A stretch of DNA of 54,335 nt from Klebsormidium nitens (Eukaryota; Plantae; Klebsormidiophyceae). A model generated the notes under the pieces. It made no database searches. It was not told where the DNA came from and was given only the letters and a program-made list of their open reading frames with translations. Of this stretch, positions 1-12,499 are shown one piece after another. Location: NCBI GenBank assembly GCA_000708835.1, contig DF237536.1, positions 1 through 54,335 of the forward strand, written 5' to 3'. Numbering within the stretch: position 1 is the stretch's first letter; every line of letters starts with the position of its first letter. Position numbers and translations under genes: made by a program.

Positions 1-522
1 GTGGCAGATTCCTATGTTCTTGTCCTGTCGCAACAGCACGAGAGCAGTTTCAACGTTCGACGCGGTTCGGTACGCTTAGTCGATATTCTGCGGTTGTCAT
101 CCAGAGTCAGCTCCGAAGATATCTAAACTTCCGTTTTTTTTCGATCCGTCGAAAAAAAACCCCAGTTCAAACCCCAGTTTCATCGCTCTTGGCATGCATG
201 AGCGTTGTGTACATGGCACGCAGCAATTGAGTGATTGTGGCCCGTAGGTGAGCCGATTTTCGGACTCAAACTCGGGCCGTCAGATGGGAATGAGGAAGCA
301 TCAACGTTTGAACTTCAAGTGTCAAATCGATGATTCCGATGCATGACTCACGGGGGGCCTAGGCTTACGGTAGTACTAGCTCGGCGGGCCGAAGATCATC
401 CGACGGTCGGCCAGAACCCTGTCAACCGAAACCCCTCAGCTCTCATGGACCGAACCGGCCAACTCACGTACGTCGGCCGCGACCGGGGGTACGTCCAAAA
501 ACGAGTACGGTCAAGGCTCCTC

Positions 523-554
523 GGCGTCCTGTGACCCGGGCGTCCTGTGACCCG
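523..554. repeat. Perfect 2 x 16 bp tandem repeat (GGCGTCCTGTGACCCG)
   Basis: Read directly: copies at 523-538 and 539-554, inside a non-coding, palindrome-rich block. Confidence 0.9.
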
Positions 555-2370
555 TAACGCCTGACGTCAGCCGCGTACGGTGAATTTTTATCGCACAGAA
601 AATCTGCCCGCGTGACGTGAAATTTGAAAACCAGTGTTTTAGAAAAGTTGCTCCGACCGAGTTTTGATCGCTCGATTTCACGGCGAAGGTCGAGCACCCT
701 TGCCAACTGTGCTAGGAGTCACCGTGCTTCCGAGTTGGTCCAAGAAAACACGAGCCGGGACGGTATGTATAGTCTGACGCCCTCTAGTAGAGAGTACGGT
801 CGGACTCAGGCTTGAAATGCTTGCTAAGCCTTTCAAGTTGGAGGCCGGCCCGGCGCGGGCCCGCGGGCGGCCGCGCATTCAAGTGAGACGGTCCGGCCGA
901 TGCACTGCAATTGAAATGATACTTAGATACTTATACAATGGATATATATATCAGGTCAAGCTAGTAGCTAGTATCTGGACCGCGGCCTTGATTATTTAAG
1001 TTAATAGTAAGGCCGGGTGGTCACGGACGTCACGGTGCATGTGGTGCAATGAGCCTACTAGCCCGGGGCGGCAACTTATATATGATACAATCATAACTGA
1101 CTCTATCGATTTGATGATCGCATTCAAACTCGCACTCAAAGTTGCACGAACTCAAATGATTTGAGTTCGTGCAACATGTGAATTGTCGGATATCGACCAA
1201 AAGCTGCATGCAGCGGCCGCGGATCGACGTACGGTTATCTGGTTACGTCAAAACCAATGCATCAGCGCAAGTTATGCGCGCGCGGGCCCAGCTAGCGGCG
1301 CGTGGGTGTTTCAAGATCCGGTCAACTAGCTGTAGCAAATATCTCCACTGATGTCAATGCGCAATGACATGCCAGTGGGGATTCGTGCGACATCAATGCG
1401 CATGACGTACATCAGTGGGGACTCATTCACTGATGTGTCGGACATCAATGCGCATTCATGAAGGTACCGTTGATTTGCATGCCAAGTGAACTAGGCTTTG
1501 GAACCGAATAACTTCACGTGTTGCTTCAATAATAGCCTGCAACATTGGCATCATTGACCGAAATACGGATATTTACTATAGCTATATCTGACCCAGGCTA
1601 TGTCATGCAACTCATTCCGGATCCGAAATGTTCAGGCTGGTGACATAGATTTTCAAAATAGTCCGGTCCGCAACTGCATGTCGGATCATTCAGGATGCAG
1701 CCAGAAAACACGAAATTGACCTTATCGGACATGCTAATATACCCAGTTAAACTCCACGTACATCGATCACGGGCTTAGGGTCGCCGACTGGAAACTGACC
1801 GTCCGTATCAGAGTAAAACTAGCTAAGCACCAAGCCCTACATCACACGTTAGCTAATTGGCCGGCTGACCAGGGCGCACTCCAACGAAAATGGCGCATCT
1901 GATCTCAATTTACGCTACGTAAAAGCCCTTCCAACAGTAACCCCGTATTGCAGGGTATCTGTATGTTGCTACGGCCGACCTGACACGGGCAGGTGGATCG
2001 ACTCCTTTGGCACTAAAAGCTCTGTTTCACTTTACACAACCCGTGACTATCTTTACTGACCGAGAGAGCTTCCACGCAGCCGCGCCAAGCAGAAAAGTAC
2101 TATAATGGGTTAACCTGCTCCGGTGACGACCGAGACTTGCGGTATGTGATATCTCGGACGTGTTAACATGGACCAATCTAAAGCAAGCTCAAGCCTTCTT
2201 TACACAGCGACAGCTCATTTTCACTGGCAGATAGCCTTTATCGTCGAGGTCGCTCTGGTCCTACACAGCTCATTCCGAGCATGCGACCTGGGAGAAGCGC
2301 TTTCAATCGGAGGGTCGTATGGCTCTACATACATACTGATCGAACACCATGTGTGGGTTAGTGCGTCGCT

Positions 2371-5300
2371 TTATTGCGCTGGCCTTGGCTCCCCGAGCAA
2401 CTCCCGCTTCACAAGCCTGAGAATCGTCTCGCACAATTTGCCCGGAGACACGGGCTTACTCAGGTAAGCGTCCATCCCCGCCTCGAGGCACTTCTTTTCG
2501 TCCGAGAGCATGGCGTGCGCAGTTAATGCGATGATGGGTACCCGTCCGCCGCTGCTCTGCTCCTGGGCTCGGATGGCCTGCGTTGCGGAGTAGCCGTCGA
2601 GCACAGGCATCTGCAGCCGAGGAAAGAACCAATTTGAGAGCGAGCCCATGCGTGTTCACATAATCCTCCCGATGCCCAGGCCCTACCTGACAATCCGTTA
2701 ACATGATGTCGAAAATTATTCACAGTCTAGTGACGCCGAGGCCCAGTGCCTGCTGGCCGTCCAAGCTCTCAATGCGGCGCACACGTGTGTGGAAAAACCC
2801 AACATAAAACCTCGATACTCAGTAAGGCGCCCAGAAGACTTTAGCACTAACACCAGAAAAAAGCATAACGCACCATCAGTTGTTGATCAGTGGACTGGGG
2901 GCATTCTAACAAATTGGAAACAAATTTTAAGAACACTTCTTTTGTTTCCTCCTACAACAGGGTGGAATGGGAGATGCAATTCTCAAAGATCGACACCCGA
3001 GATGCCAGACGCCCCACCTGGCAGTCCATGAGGATGATGTCAACGCTCCCCCGCAGCGCCGCCGCGGTGCCCACTGCCTGCTGCCCGTCCCCCGCCTGCT
3101 CCACGCGCGCGCCCATTCTCACCAGCATGCTCGTCACCAGTTTCTGCAGCACCGGGCTGTCCTCCACTACCAAAATCGTGAGCCCCGCAAGCGCGCGGTC
3201 CCGCCCCTGCCCCTTGCCCCGGGTCCGCTCCCCCGACTCGACGCTTGCCGACGAGCTTTCTCTCACCGACGCGCTTTCTTTTACAGAGCCGTTCACCACT
3301 GCACTGGTTTCTGACTGCGAGGGGGCGACCGGGAAGGGGAGCGGGGAGGGTTGCAAGTCGCCCGGGTTCTCTCCCGGCGACTGGCCCGTGGCCTCGTGGA
3401 GGGTTCCCGAGCCGGGGCGTCCCACCATGTTCTCGCGGGCCTGCTTCAGCTGGGCGCGGCGCTCGCGGACTGTTCCCACCTGTTATCAGAGAGAGAGGAC
3501 AATAAAGCAGCTGTCAACGACCAGAACTTGCCAACGTCTGCGGAAAGGACGCGAATCTCACAGAAACGGACCGGAAAAGAGCAGCTACGTGGCAGCACAC
3601 TTCAACCGACACGTACCAGTGTCGCGATTTTCAGAAGACGATTCCACCAGTTTGTCAACTCATTCTGCAACAGACGAACGGGGAGGCTGGACAACGAAGG
3701 ACCTTGTGACATGATGAAACCTTTCCTGCTTGATCTTATTTGGGGTTACTGGGCAAATCAACACGATCCTATTCCGAAACTTATGGCGTGTACTTTTATC
3801 CTGAACTCAAAATGCTTTTGTTCCTTGAATTGACGAGTGTTTTTTCCAATGCACTCTCTCAAGACCTACCTTGCGCATGATTTCGGAGAGTCGCCCCGCA
3901 TGCAGCGGCCGTAAGACCAGCAGCGCAAAGCCGCGGCTTTTCACCAGGTTGGTACGCACAGCAGGGGGGGTGTTTGGGTCGAGCAGCCACACGATATTTG
4001 CGCCCATGTCCGCTTTCAACCGCGCCATCGCATTGATCACCTCCACTGGACCGAGCACGGGTTCCGGTTCCGGATCGGGGCTATCTGCGTCGAACACTGT
4101 GGGGAGGCCCAAGGGCGGAACGCTCAGAAGCGGCCGCGCCGGCCCCGCAAAGGGAGAACGTGCGCCGTGGGGGTGGGTCGTAGGACTGAGGATGAGTCCT
4201 TTTGGGTCGGGGGGGTTTTGGAGGGCGGCCGCTTGAACCATGGCGAAATCGATGATGACTACGGGGGGTACCGGCGAGGCGGCGGGGGGGTCGGAAGCAG
4301 TGGCAGGGCTGGGGGGGGCCGACGGGTCGCTGACGTGGAGGGGGCTGACGGGGGTTCCGGCGTCTGCTTTTGGGGGGACGGGAAAAGTGAAGCCGGGAAC
4401 GAGGGTACCTGAGGGGAAGTCAGTAACAACTACCAGCAGAGGCTGCATGCTCTGAAGCATCCTAAAAAGCGCGACTTCTGGGTGAAGGAGAGGGCTTACT
4501 TTTCTTCAAAGCGGATCAGAGGTCAAGCAGAAAAGGACCCCTAAGAAAGCAGATTTGGGCGTACGGCACGATCCCGATATAGCAACTGAGTATCCGAGCT
4601 TCGCAATAAGCTGTGGAGTTAGCGTAGGCCAAACTGCAATAAAGCTCCGCTGTCACCTTTTTCGGAGGCGCCGCTCAAAAGCTAGGCCTCCTTTACATTC
4701 AAGATCGGAGGTAAAATTATGAAACGGAAAATCACATAGCATGAAACGAAGAGCCTTGGAGTTCAGGGTAATTACCTGTGCTAAGGGCGCTCATGAGCTC
4801 ATCCACGGAGCTGCAGAGCGTGTAATCGAAGCGCCGCTCGCGCAGCCACTTCTCGGCGAGGCGACGGCTCAGGTGGGGGGGCATTGCAAGGATGATCTTC
4901 GCGCCTTGCACCAGTTCCGGGACAGGGGCGTGCAGCAGCGCGTGACTGGGGGACTCGGAAACTGGACCGACGGGGGGGGGGAGGGAGAGCTGGACGCGGA
5001 CGAGCGCGCCGGGGCCCAGCTTGTCAACGAAGCCAATCGTGCCGCCCATCATGGTTACTGCACGTAGGGTAAATTCCGGGGTTTGAATAAACTGGGTTGT
5101 TTCAGCGACTACCGTGAATCCATGGGTCTGAAAAAGGGCGAAGGTTTGCCCAACGTCAGCAGCTAGCTCCGAAGGCGTCGAAACGAGGATGGGTTTGGGG
5201 GCTAATAACGTTGTAACCTTGGCAGAGTGCCACCCGCATGGCCATGCATGGCCAGAACCTACTTGGAGCTTGGAGAAGAAGGGGCTTCAGAAGGAGTCCG

Positions 5301-8300
5301 CGACAGAGCCAAGGTTGGCGCAACGCATTTTTCTGAGGTGAATTGAAAACTTTAGTATAGGGGTGGCAATAACCATGAACAACGACAACGGTGCTTCTAA
5401 CGACTAGCTTTAACGCTTGATAGAGTGCTCGCAGTTCCCTTCGTTTAACCAATCGAACCAGAAAACCAAGGGGGCATACAAACAGAAAAGTGCGGCTGAG
5501 CGCATTAGGCAGCATGGAGCACGTTCACAAGCAAAGTCAGAGAACGTTCAAGATTACTTTTCAAGGTTATTCCAGAGGATGTCTCAGTCGTAGCAAGAGG
5601 TCTGACGCATGCTTTTACGGAAGCGTCTGCAGCTTGTGTACAAACAGAGTTGGTAGAAAGCAAGGTCTGTCCGAACGAAGCGACAACAGTGGTGTGGCCC
5701 TACCTAGCTTCCTAGTGATTCCCAGTCCGAGACCTGTTCCACCTGCAACAAACACCCACAGCAGAGTCGATAAGTCGGCGCTCGAGTACTTTTCTTCGAC
5801 AACATTGCAAGCTTGAGGTCGACTCTCTGAAGCCGGGCCAAAACCTCACGGTTGCAGAGCAAGCTCGGAGCTCCGGAATCCAGGAGAGAAGAAAGGTATG
5901 CAGAGACCAAAACAGCGAAGCTGAGCGCACCCAGGTTTCACCAAAGCAACAACGTTGGTACCTTGTGGCCATCCGGCGTGAATTGAGTGCGACTCTCTGA
6001 GAACCTGATCTAAGACGGAGCAAGTCGGATACTACGTCTCTGGTTCCCTGAGGTTCCAAGCGGCTTTGCAATCTTCACGCCTATAAAAGGCCCGAAGCGA
6101 AGTCCATATTGCAGACGCACGTGCAAGAAGCTGCATGATCCAGCTGATCCGATGGCCCTCTCAAACGCCGCCTTGCGCTTTCCGTCCGAAACCTGAAGAT
6201 CCAAAGTCGAAGGTCCTGACATATCAAAAATCTGAACATGCAAACCCCCAGAATGCTACTCACCATACATCCGGGTCGTGCTGCTATCCGCCTGCGTGAA
6301 GGTCTCAAACACCGCCTCACGATTCTCCGGCGACAATCCGCATCCCGTATCGTTCACCTCGATCTCAAACCGGAGCATCCCCTCGTTCTGGGTTGCTTCT
6401 GCCACGTCCGAGTCCCTCCGTTGTAGCCAGTTCGAAGCGCGCTGCATCCACGACGTGTCGTCGGGAGAAGCGGGAGGTTGGGCGGGGGAGCGAGGATGCG
6501 TGGGGGAGTCCGAGGAAAGGACGCTCTGGCGCGCGCTCACGTAGATGCTGCCGCCCGGGGGGGTGAACTTGATGGAGTTGCTGCAGGAAATGAGATCGCC
6601 ATCAGCTTCAGAGCTTTTGGCGTGCCGGAGGGGTCCTTGACAGTGATAGTCGTTCAATGATGTCAACCATTAGATCAAGCAATCTGAATGTCGTCTTGTA
6701 GATATGGAAGTAAACACGAGCATCTAGAACACGACAGTTGTCAAGAACACACAGCGCGATCAGCTAGCTCATCGACCATTTCTGTGGTCTGCTCGAAGCG
6801 TGCACGCTCGAGGCCTAGGCACATGGTCTGCTAGAAACGTCTTAGCTGCTTTGAGGGAAACCCTAACATGCAAGACCCCAGATACGCGGAGTCTCTTCGG
6901 CAGACAGCTGCAAATCCTCCCGCCACTTCCTGCCGTCCTAAGCTCACGCCCATCGAACCTGATACAAAGTCTGCCGTCGCTTCGCTGTTCTGCCTCGTGT
7001 CACTTACAGACAAGGAGACAACTCCGAACGAGTTTTGAGGAACCCGCCGGCAATCAATGGACTTGACGTACCTAATGAGGTTTCCCAGGATCTGTCGGAA
7101 GCGCAGCGGATCTCCGTTCACTATCCGCTCCATCTCATCTGAAGACACGGGGCGGAACGCAAAGTGAGAATTGGTCAGAGGCCACGTGGCAGCCAACGAG
7201 CCATCACACGCATGCCTGCCGGACAAAGTGGCGGAAGAGCACAACGACATGCTCCAAACAATTCCAACACAGCGACCCTGTCTCGACCCAAGCGAGGGCA
7301 TACTTTACTTGGTCTCGATTCTGCATGCCGAACCGAACTGCCTTCTTACACCGAACTCTGAGGCTGTCAGAAAGCTCCGGGTTGCAATCCCTTGCTAGCG
7401 CGGCTTGAACAACCAAACGACCATCAGAGTAACCGACTTGATCTACTTCCTCTGCCAAAAGTTCTGCTGCTATCTCCTCCCACAAATGATGGACGGAAAG
7501 AACTATAAACCTGCACAGTGCATCCATAAGGTGGCGCTTTCTCTCCTTTGACTGATTCAGAAACGGGTGTCCCTTTTTTCTGCAGTCTACTTCCAAATAC
7601 CCTGTCGCGAGGTCATCCAGAAATCCCCAGACGACCAAGAAGTGCAATTGAGAGATTGGATGCACGTGCGGCTGCCTTGCAACCTCGAGCCAGCAATTGC
7701 AGACGTGAATCGGAAGAAGGGATGCGAGAGACAGTTTTCGAGAGTGAGAAAGCTGACACAAAAGGACTGCGTTTCGGCCACAAAGAAAATGGAACGAACA
7801 AATCAGGGATTAACACGGCAGAGATGGAGGCAATGGCTGACCTGCGACCTCGAGTCCGATGATGATGCCCTTGCCGGCGCACTGGATGCCGAACATGTCG
7901 ACCACACTCTGGATCTCGTGCGCCAGGTCGAAGTCTACCGCCTCTAGTCGGAACTTGCCCGACTCGATCTGCGCACAGGGAACGTGAGCTTTGCATGAGC
8001 AGAAGGGCAGGAAAGATCGTAAGCAAACGCACTCTTGACAGAAAGGATGTACGGGCTACACGCTCTGCAAATAGAGCCTCGACTTGAGAAGTTGGACGAA
8101 AAAGCGAGAGGTTGATTGCGCAAGGAAAGACCTCGTGCGAAACGGCTTGGCAAATGTGAATAGATTCGATTATACCAAATGGGGGTTTCTTGGCTTTTTT
8201 AGCGAGGTACACTTATAAACCCTCACGACGCTGGTCTCAGGGCTTCATCAGGCATACTCACAAGCTTCCGAAAGGCAGACTCGATGCTCCGGAAACTGTC

Positions 8301-11300
8301 AGATGCACAAACTTGCGCGAACCGGCCTTACCTTGCCGAGGTCCAGGATGTCGTTGAGCAGCGTGAGCAGCTCCGACGCGCAGTGCTTCACCTGCAGCAG
8401 GCTGCTCTCCTGCTCCTTGCTTAGCGAGTCAGCCTCCAGCACCAGGTCTGCAATGTGTGATCAATACTTAGTGATACGTCAAGAGGCAGATAGTAACCCA
8501 TTTGCAATCGGTTCTTTGCTCCAGGAGATCACTGGAATCCTCCGGGTGGTTGACACGTGGGGCCGCCAAATATCGAATTGATTCTCCTTCACCCGGAAAG
8601 GATCAGATCGAGTCCCCAACACAGTTGGTCCTGCTGCACACGTCAAAGTAAGGCCCTGAACGCAGATCCCGGTGTCCAATACTCCGTCTCATAGATAGCC
8701 TTCAGAAATCTTTTGGAGTCTCATGTCTAGCTCATAGATAACCTCGAAGAAAAGGATGGTAACCAGCGCAGAAACCGGCATTGACGCCGAACGAAAAGCA
8801 GGGTAGACCTGACTCCTAATCTCGGTTCAAATCTTTCGCAGCAAGCGTAAGTCTGTGGTCCAAAAGTGAGCGACCGGCAACAAAGTAGAAAGTCTGCATC
8901 CAAGAGTGAAACTAAGAATGACTCCGTTTAGCAGAAAGAAACCGGGGTCGGACTGGCTGAAACGAAAAGACCACGCTGGCGGAGCCAAACGACTCACCGA
9001 GCCCCAGCAGGATTGCTGCCATGGGCGTGCGCAGCTCGTGACTGCACAGCCGACAAAGGACGAGAGTCAGCACACAGAAGCAGAGATTCAGCCACGATCT
9101 TCGGCCTTGTTGGGGCTCCAGCGGGCGGGAAACCCGTTCACTTGCCCAGCATTTAAAAAGAAACTGATGCGGTTGGTGAAAGGCAATCAAGTGCATTCAA
9201 GGCTGCTTCATACTCGCTGGTTTTCTTCCCTCGATCTACCAGGGCTCACGCGGTCTGCTCATATTTTTCTCAAGAAGAGACCTTCATCTAAATCCACTTG
9301 CTGAGCACTGCACATTCCCTTCAAAGGCAGCTCATGACTGCAAAATCTCTTAACTATGATGTGATTGGCAGCCACCAGATCAGAACTTCCGCGTGACCGC
9401 TTCCTGGAAAGAAAGATCAGTCATCCTACATAAGCTGCAACTCGTGCAGACCCTCGACTCCTGAACCAGGGGAATCGTGCAACTCACCTCATGTTTGCCA
9501 GGAACATGGACTTTGCGGAGTTGGCCGCCTCCGCCCGCTTCTTGTCGTCCAGGTGTCCCTGCATCTCCGTTATAAGGGCGTCCTCCGACCCGCACCGGTG
9601 CAGCAGCCAAAGTAACCACCCAGTGACCCCCAGAGCTGCCAGAAGCCCCACGACGCGCAGCGCCAGGGCCCCTGGGGAAAGTGACGACTCCGCGGCAGAG
9701 GGCGGGGGGCCGTCCCAGGGCATAATAAGGACCTGACGGGGGGAAGAGAAGCTCCAGTCAGGCGGTGTGCTGTCTCCCGTGCGCCCCCTTTTGAGCGGAC
9801 AGACTATAAGATGTGCAGATTGGTAAATGGATAGATAGGGAGTTCAATACATCAACCGAAGCTCTTGTGTGACTTGCAACGCGCATCGGTGGATACCCGG
9901 TGGTCGCCCAAACAACTAGAAAGGCGGACTGCATCGGCTAACTCTCGATAGGTCAGCTCTTGTGACACGACTCTTCACCCCCTGCCCAGCCGCTCGTTTC
10001 GCTACGAATGGCTCATTGTTCCCCTCAGCTTCTTAAAACACAGACCCTTCAAAAGACAGGTAGAACCTGGTCGCCTCAAGCCTACTCGCAAGAGAGACGG
10101 CCCAAACCAGCTGCACCTGTTGCTTAGTCAATCGCCCGGTGTCTCCTACAGCAGTGGCCCATATAACCCCCTATAAACCTGTATTAGCTTCGAATCTCAC
10201 ATTCAGGTGTTTCCGTGCTCTGGAATTCAGGGTTCTGCTGGCGAGTGTCTGGGCAGAGAAGGCGCAGGGCGTGGAAGAAGCGCAAGACGGCTCACCCCGT
10301 GCAGCTGCAGCTGTTGCATGGTGCGCCTGTCGCTGGCCACCACGTGGTCCCCATCGGCCAGCCGGACGACCATGGACTGCTGAGAGCCATGCGACACGCA
10401 AGCCTGCACCGCCTCCGCAACACCCTCCGGGTCGTTCATCACCGGGCCTGCGTTTTGAGGGACTTGCTTGAATGCAACTTGCACAGAGGGATAGTGCTCA
10501 AGCGAACATTTTAGGGATGTGGGGGTGCCTTAAAAAAGGATTCTAAGAAGAAGCTATGGGTCTTCTGCCAAGAGCAAAAAGGACTGCAGACGATCCACTA
10601 ACAGCAACACACATCCGCTCTGCAGGCGGCGCCTTGACTTTTGCGAGGGCGCAAGCTGTCCTCCATGTTGAGAAATTGCCCCTCAGAAGGGACATGCTTT
10701 GCGTATGGGCTTAGTGGATCCTGGAACCTTATAAATGCTTGTATGCTGACAAGGCTTGGAGGCTTGTAAGTTGGGGAAAGTCCTCTAGACACATCTGGAC
10801 ACAAGTAGAACAGCACATCATGGAGGCCTAATGCACCTCTCGGCATACTGCGCGGCTCACGTGTATGTACGGCTGCAAAGATCTTCCCTTCCGCATCCGC
10901 CACAACGAAGCTTCCCCCTCGCCAGTCTAGTTCCTCCAGCCCCGCCTCCATGCTCTCCAGATCCACCGCCACTGCAACCACCCCGCCCCCGGAAAGGGGC
11001 ACCACAAAGAGAGCCCCAGTCTCCCCCCCAGGAAGAAGTTGCCACTCCGGCTTTGCCTGCGCATGTTTATTACCATAGCGAAGGTATCCCTCAGCGCGCT
11101 TTTGTAAGAGCGGGGACCAGTTTCCCGCCCACTGAGGGATGGCGGAGTGGTCTACGAGGACGGCGATGCCGGCGCACCAGGGGCGGCACACCGAGTAGGC
11201 GAGGTGGAGCAGAGTGGCAAGCTGTAATCAAGCGGGGAGGGGCGTTAATTAGCCCAAGGAAAATGTCGTAAAGGTACAGTGCGGCAAAAGCAGAAACTTT

Positions 11301-12392
11301 GAGAAATGTGGAAGACTGGAAGAGAGTGGAAGTACACTGGGAGGCTTGACACGTAGGAGGATTGGAGGGAAGATGGATAAAGAAGAGCAAAGCATTGGGG
11401 ACTGCCAAGCATAGAATCAGAAATGCCTGCATGAAATGATGGAACAACAACAGAACCACTTCATGTCTGCTCCGCGAGCTGGTATGGCTACACATTGAGA
11501 GTTCCGTTGGGAACGCGGCTTCAATGCCAGGCTCAAGTTTAGAAGCAGAGAAGCAGATTTTCAAAAGCGTGCAAAGGAGATGAGAAGTTACGCCAGGTTC
11601 AATAAGCATAGAATACCATAAAGATGCCCCCTAGCAGGAGGAGCGTGGAACTGGCATGAAGTCTCATAGCTATGTAGTAGGATGTCTTACTTGCTCATCC
11701 TTCCCTCCACTTGCTGCGCCGCTGCCCTCTCCCGGCACACTCAGTGTGGGTATTGTCTCCGCCACCGAGCGGGCAACTTGAGCCGACACCTGGAGATGTG
11801 TCGCCACTTTCTCTAGACCAACCGCCAGCAGTGGCTGCAAGCTGGCGCCCCCGCACCGTGTATCGCCTGGCTTGCAGCTGAGGCTGGTGCCGAAACCAAA
11901 CAGGGCGAGCAAACAGTAGAACAGGACCTGCGATAAGCGAAGCAGCATTTGAGCCGACCACAAATGTCCATGACGAAGAGTGGGGTGGACTGAAGGGGCT
12001 ACATTGGAGGCTGCTTCCCGACTGAATCTGCCGGGTGATTAAGGCAACTGCTATTCGCACAGAAGCGAGGCCGATGCTTCAGTACCGGTGCCAAAATTTC
12101 TGACAGGAACACCAGGAAGTTCCGAGGGAAAGTTGACTGCGATGATTATAAGTAGGTGAACGTTCAGGGTTTACACGCAAATGGAGCTGAACAGCAGGAA
12201 CGCCTAATTCATCATGGAAACCAAGTGTTAGATACAATACTTTTCCCAGTCTGTGCCCCAGTGTTGCGGTATTGTGACACCACACCACCCTCGCCAGCAA
12301 ACTCCGCTTGACTGTTTCGGCAAGTAGGACCATTCCAGTTTTCATCTCTATCGCCAAACAAGCCTCACCTGTTTCATTCTTTGAGAAGCCAT
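2371..12392 (-). CDS. AHK1: AHK1-like transmembrane hybrid histidine kinase: N-terminal hydrophobic segment, Cache-like ectodomain, TM, HisKA, HATPase_c, degenerate receiver, C-terminal receiver (about 1091 aa)
   Basis: Hand-built model with GT-AG introns and matching phases. Exons: 12369-12392, 11691-11927, 10837-11221, 10296-10447, 9488-9732, 8998-9041, 8332-8447, 7842-7968, 7072-7138, 6264-6580, 5704-5742, 4776-5057, 3870-4408, 3018-3479, 2371-2610 (sum 3276 nt, divisible by 3). Kinase motifs: H-box FLANMSHELRTPMAA, LLNDILDLGKIESGK, N-box GDPLRFRQILGNLISNSIKFT, G1 EVNDTGCGL, F-box FETFTQADSSTTRMY, G2 GGTGLGLGI. Receiver motifs: ILVVEDSPVLQ, ILMDCQMPVLDGY, IIALTAHAMLSDEKKCLEAGMDAYLSKP. These closely resemble Arabidopsis AHK1 as I recall it. 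The start exon (MASQRMKQ) is the least certain part. Confidence 0.92.
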
Positions 12393-12499
12393 GCTGACCA
12401 AGCTTCGTGTAACTTTGCCTGGCGCCAGGCCCAGCGACTCAGCGAGTTCTCACATGCCAACTTTGAATGCACATCTTTGCTTACCAAAACCTGGAAAGA

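Noticed and set aside
2890-4455. Plus-strand ORFs 2890-3714 (274 aa), 3351-3833, 3871-4236, 4240-4455 and similar
   Set aside because: Antisense shadows of GC-rich kinase exons; the minus-strand frame carries the recognisable motifs and splice sites.
7613-8212. 199-aa minus-strand ORF overlapping a kinase exon
   Set aside because: Wrong frame relative to the IESGKFRLEAVDFDL exon, and mostly intron sequence.
12079-12357. ORF MAIEMKTG... as kinase N-terminus
   Set aside because: It begins just after the GT donor at 12368 and lies in the predicted first intron; MASQRMKQ spliced to VLFYCLL gives a phase-consistent hydrophobic N-terminus.
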